From sequence record SRR31156797_966: a stretch of 50,326 bases of DNA, one strand, 5' to 3'. Shown here piece by piece: positions 48,779 to 50,326 of this stretch; position 1 is the first letter of the stretch, and each line of letters opens with the position of its first letter. The position numbers and the translations under genes are program-made. The notes under the pieces were generated by a model, which saw nothing but the letters and a program-made list of their open reading frames with translations, was not told the origin of the DNA and made no database searches.

Positions 48779-48918
48779 ATATATGTTTCAGCATTGTTGA
48801 AGTGGATGCCTGCCTTTAGCTGTTGATTGGACTAGGTGGGAACGCTGGTTTTTTTCAGGTATTGCAACGGAGTCTTTTGTCTTGTCAGGGCCGGAACAGT
48901 ATTATCCCGGCCCTTGCC

Positions 48919-49221
48919 TTATTTCTGTTCAGGTGTATCCTTTAAAATTTCATAACCATCCGCCATCATGGTGGGGATGAATTGGATTATTTCGTATTCA
49001 GCAACTCCATCCCGTTTGAAGGGATCTTCGTTGATGGCTTTTTCAAGTGTTTCAAGGTCAATATTTTTTGCAAGAATGACTCCACCGGTACGTGGGATTT
49101 TGCGCCCTGAAGTGATGAAAATTCCTTTTTCATAATATTTTTCAAGGAATTTAATATGCTCTTCCAGTAATGCGTCAATGTTTTCCAATGGTTTAATGTA
49201 GCTTAAATTGAGTATATACAT
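48919..49221 (-). CDS. YciI family protein
   Basis: YIKPLENID..LEEH..FL, SGRKIPRTGGVIL, EDPF; GAGAGG RBS before ATG 49221. Confidence 0.88.
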   Translation of the reverse strand: MYILNLSYIKPLENIDALLEEHIKFLEKYYEKGIFITSGRKIPRTGGVILAKNIDLETLEKAINEDPFKRDGVAEYEIIQFIPTMMADGYEILKDTPEQK

Positions 49222-49360
49222 ATCTATTGCCCTCTCTAGTCTAGAGTGATAAATATTATTTGGTAGGTGCTGTAATACATTGCAATGTTTTGGATTGATA
49301 GTTTTTTTTGTTCGTTGCATTGGGGACGGGGTAATTGTATAATTTCTTGAGGAACAGAAT

Positions 49361-49690
49361 ATGATTTTGTCTCATGAACGGGTCGGGGACTTTGTCATTA
49401 TGCGTGTTGGTGAAAGTAGGATTGATGCAACTAATTCTTCTGAGTTGCAGGAATGTGTGTCTTCTTTGATGAGCAAGGGAGATAGAAAATTTGTGCTTGA
49501 TCTTTCTGCAGTACTTTTTATGGATTCATGCGGCCTTGCCGGATTGATCCCCATTGCGAATGACATGCCGGAAGACGGATGTCTTTTGATTGCCGGATTG
49601 CACCACAAAGTGGAACAAATCTTCAGGCTCACCAAGCTTAATACCATTTTTGATATCTACCCATCCGTTGATGACGCTCTGATGTCTTGA
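49361..49690 (+). CDS. STAS-domain anti-sigma-factor antagonist
   Basis: RIDA.NS, LDLSAVLFMDSCGL, VEQIFRLTKL..IFDIY. Confidence 0.9.
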   Translation: MILSHERVGDFVIMRVGESRIDATNSSELQECVSSLMSKGDRKFVLDLSAVLFMDSCGLAGLIPIANDMPEDGCLLIAGLHHKVEQIFRLTKLNTIFDIYPSVDDALMS

Positions 49691-49782
49691 AATGAATGAC
49701 CATGCGGGACTTGACTAAGTCTTGCCGATTGTTAAATTACTGGGCGACTTCAACAGCTATTTTTTTATATGGAGGATATATA

Positions 49783-50274
49783 ATGCCATCTTTTGATATT
49801 GTCAGCCAGATCGACGCGCAGGAAGTTGATAACGCTGTAAACAATGTACTCAAAGAAATTGATACTCGTTACGATTTCCGCGGGGTGAATACTGAAATTG
49901 ATCTGAACAAGAAGACAAATACCATCAGTCTTTTGACTGGTGATGAGATGAAAATCAAAGCCGTTAAGGACATGATGATCACCCATTTCACCAGACGTAA
50001 GGTTGACCCCAGATCTCTTGAGTTCGGTAATATTGAACCTACTTCCAATGCTCAGCTCAAGCAGGAAATCAAACTGAAGGAAGGAATTGACAAGGATACA
50101 GCTAAAAAGATCGTAAAATTGATCAAAGGCGCCAAGATGAAGGTGCAGGCTGCTATTCAGGACGATCAGGTCCGCGTTACCGGCAAGAAGTTGGATGACC
50201 TTCAGGCCGTTATCTCTCTGGTCAGAGATTCCGACATTGATATGCCTTTCCAGTTTGTAAACATGAAGAAATAA
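49783..50274 (+). CDS. yajQ: YajQ family nucleotide/c-di-GMP-binding protein
   Basis: [49 protein letters not shown]. Confidence 0.95.
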   Translation: MPSFDIVSQIDAQEVDNAVNNVLKEIDTRYDFRGVNTEIDLNKKTNTISLLTGDEMKIKAVKDMMITHFTRRKVDPRSLEFGNIEPTSNAQLKQEIKLKEGIDKDTAKKIVKLIKGAKMKVQAAIQDDQVRVTGKKLDDLQAVISLVRDSDIDMPFQFVNMKK

Positions 50275-50302
50275 TAAAAGAATTTCGATTAAATTTAAAA
50301 CC

Positions 50303-50326
50303 CGTCCTGAAATTAATTTCAGGACG
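50303..50326 (+). terminator. Terminator hairpin after yajQ (tail cut by window edge)
   Basis: Perfect palindrome CGTCCTGAAATTAATTTCAGGACG. Confidence 0.6.

Overview
About 50 kb of a moderate-GC bacterial chromosome. Gene content and order (yggT-divIVA-yggU-ilvBNC, RRM protein, bacteriohemerythrin, beta-CASP-rsmD-coaD-miaA, nhaB) suggest a Desulfovibrionaceae sulfate reducer, possibly Maridesulfovibrio-like (inference). Left (2.6-20.9 kb): a Wzx/Wzy exopolysaccharide locus with an exosortase/EpsI, a PrsT-like TPR lipoprotein, a short OPX protein plus outer-membrane beta-barrel, a BY-kinase-like protein without a Tyr cluster, and a tightly coupled trio of heparinase II/III-fold (dermatan-sulfate-epimerase-like) protein, sulfotransferase and flippase. 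An EAL-CBS-GGDEF gene is transcribed divergently from it. Next come a Wtp-type tungstate/molybdate ABC transporter and an intergenic unit that looks like an unannotated sigma-54-dependent sRNA with upstream enhancer-like repeats. Housekeeping genes follow, then an attenuator-like leader before infA, nhaB, and a c-di-GMP/O2-sensing cluster (HD-GYP, hemerythrin, STAS, YajQ). No rRNA, tRNA, CRISPR array or transposase was seen. Best leads: a putative sulfated, possibly epimerised glycosaminoglycan-like EPS system (16.5-20.9 kb) and the sigma-54 sRNA (25.3-25.6 kb). All calls come from reading motifs by eye; no searches were run.
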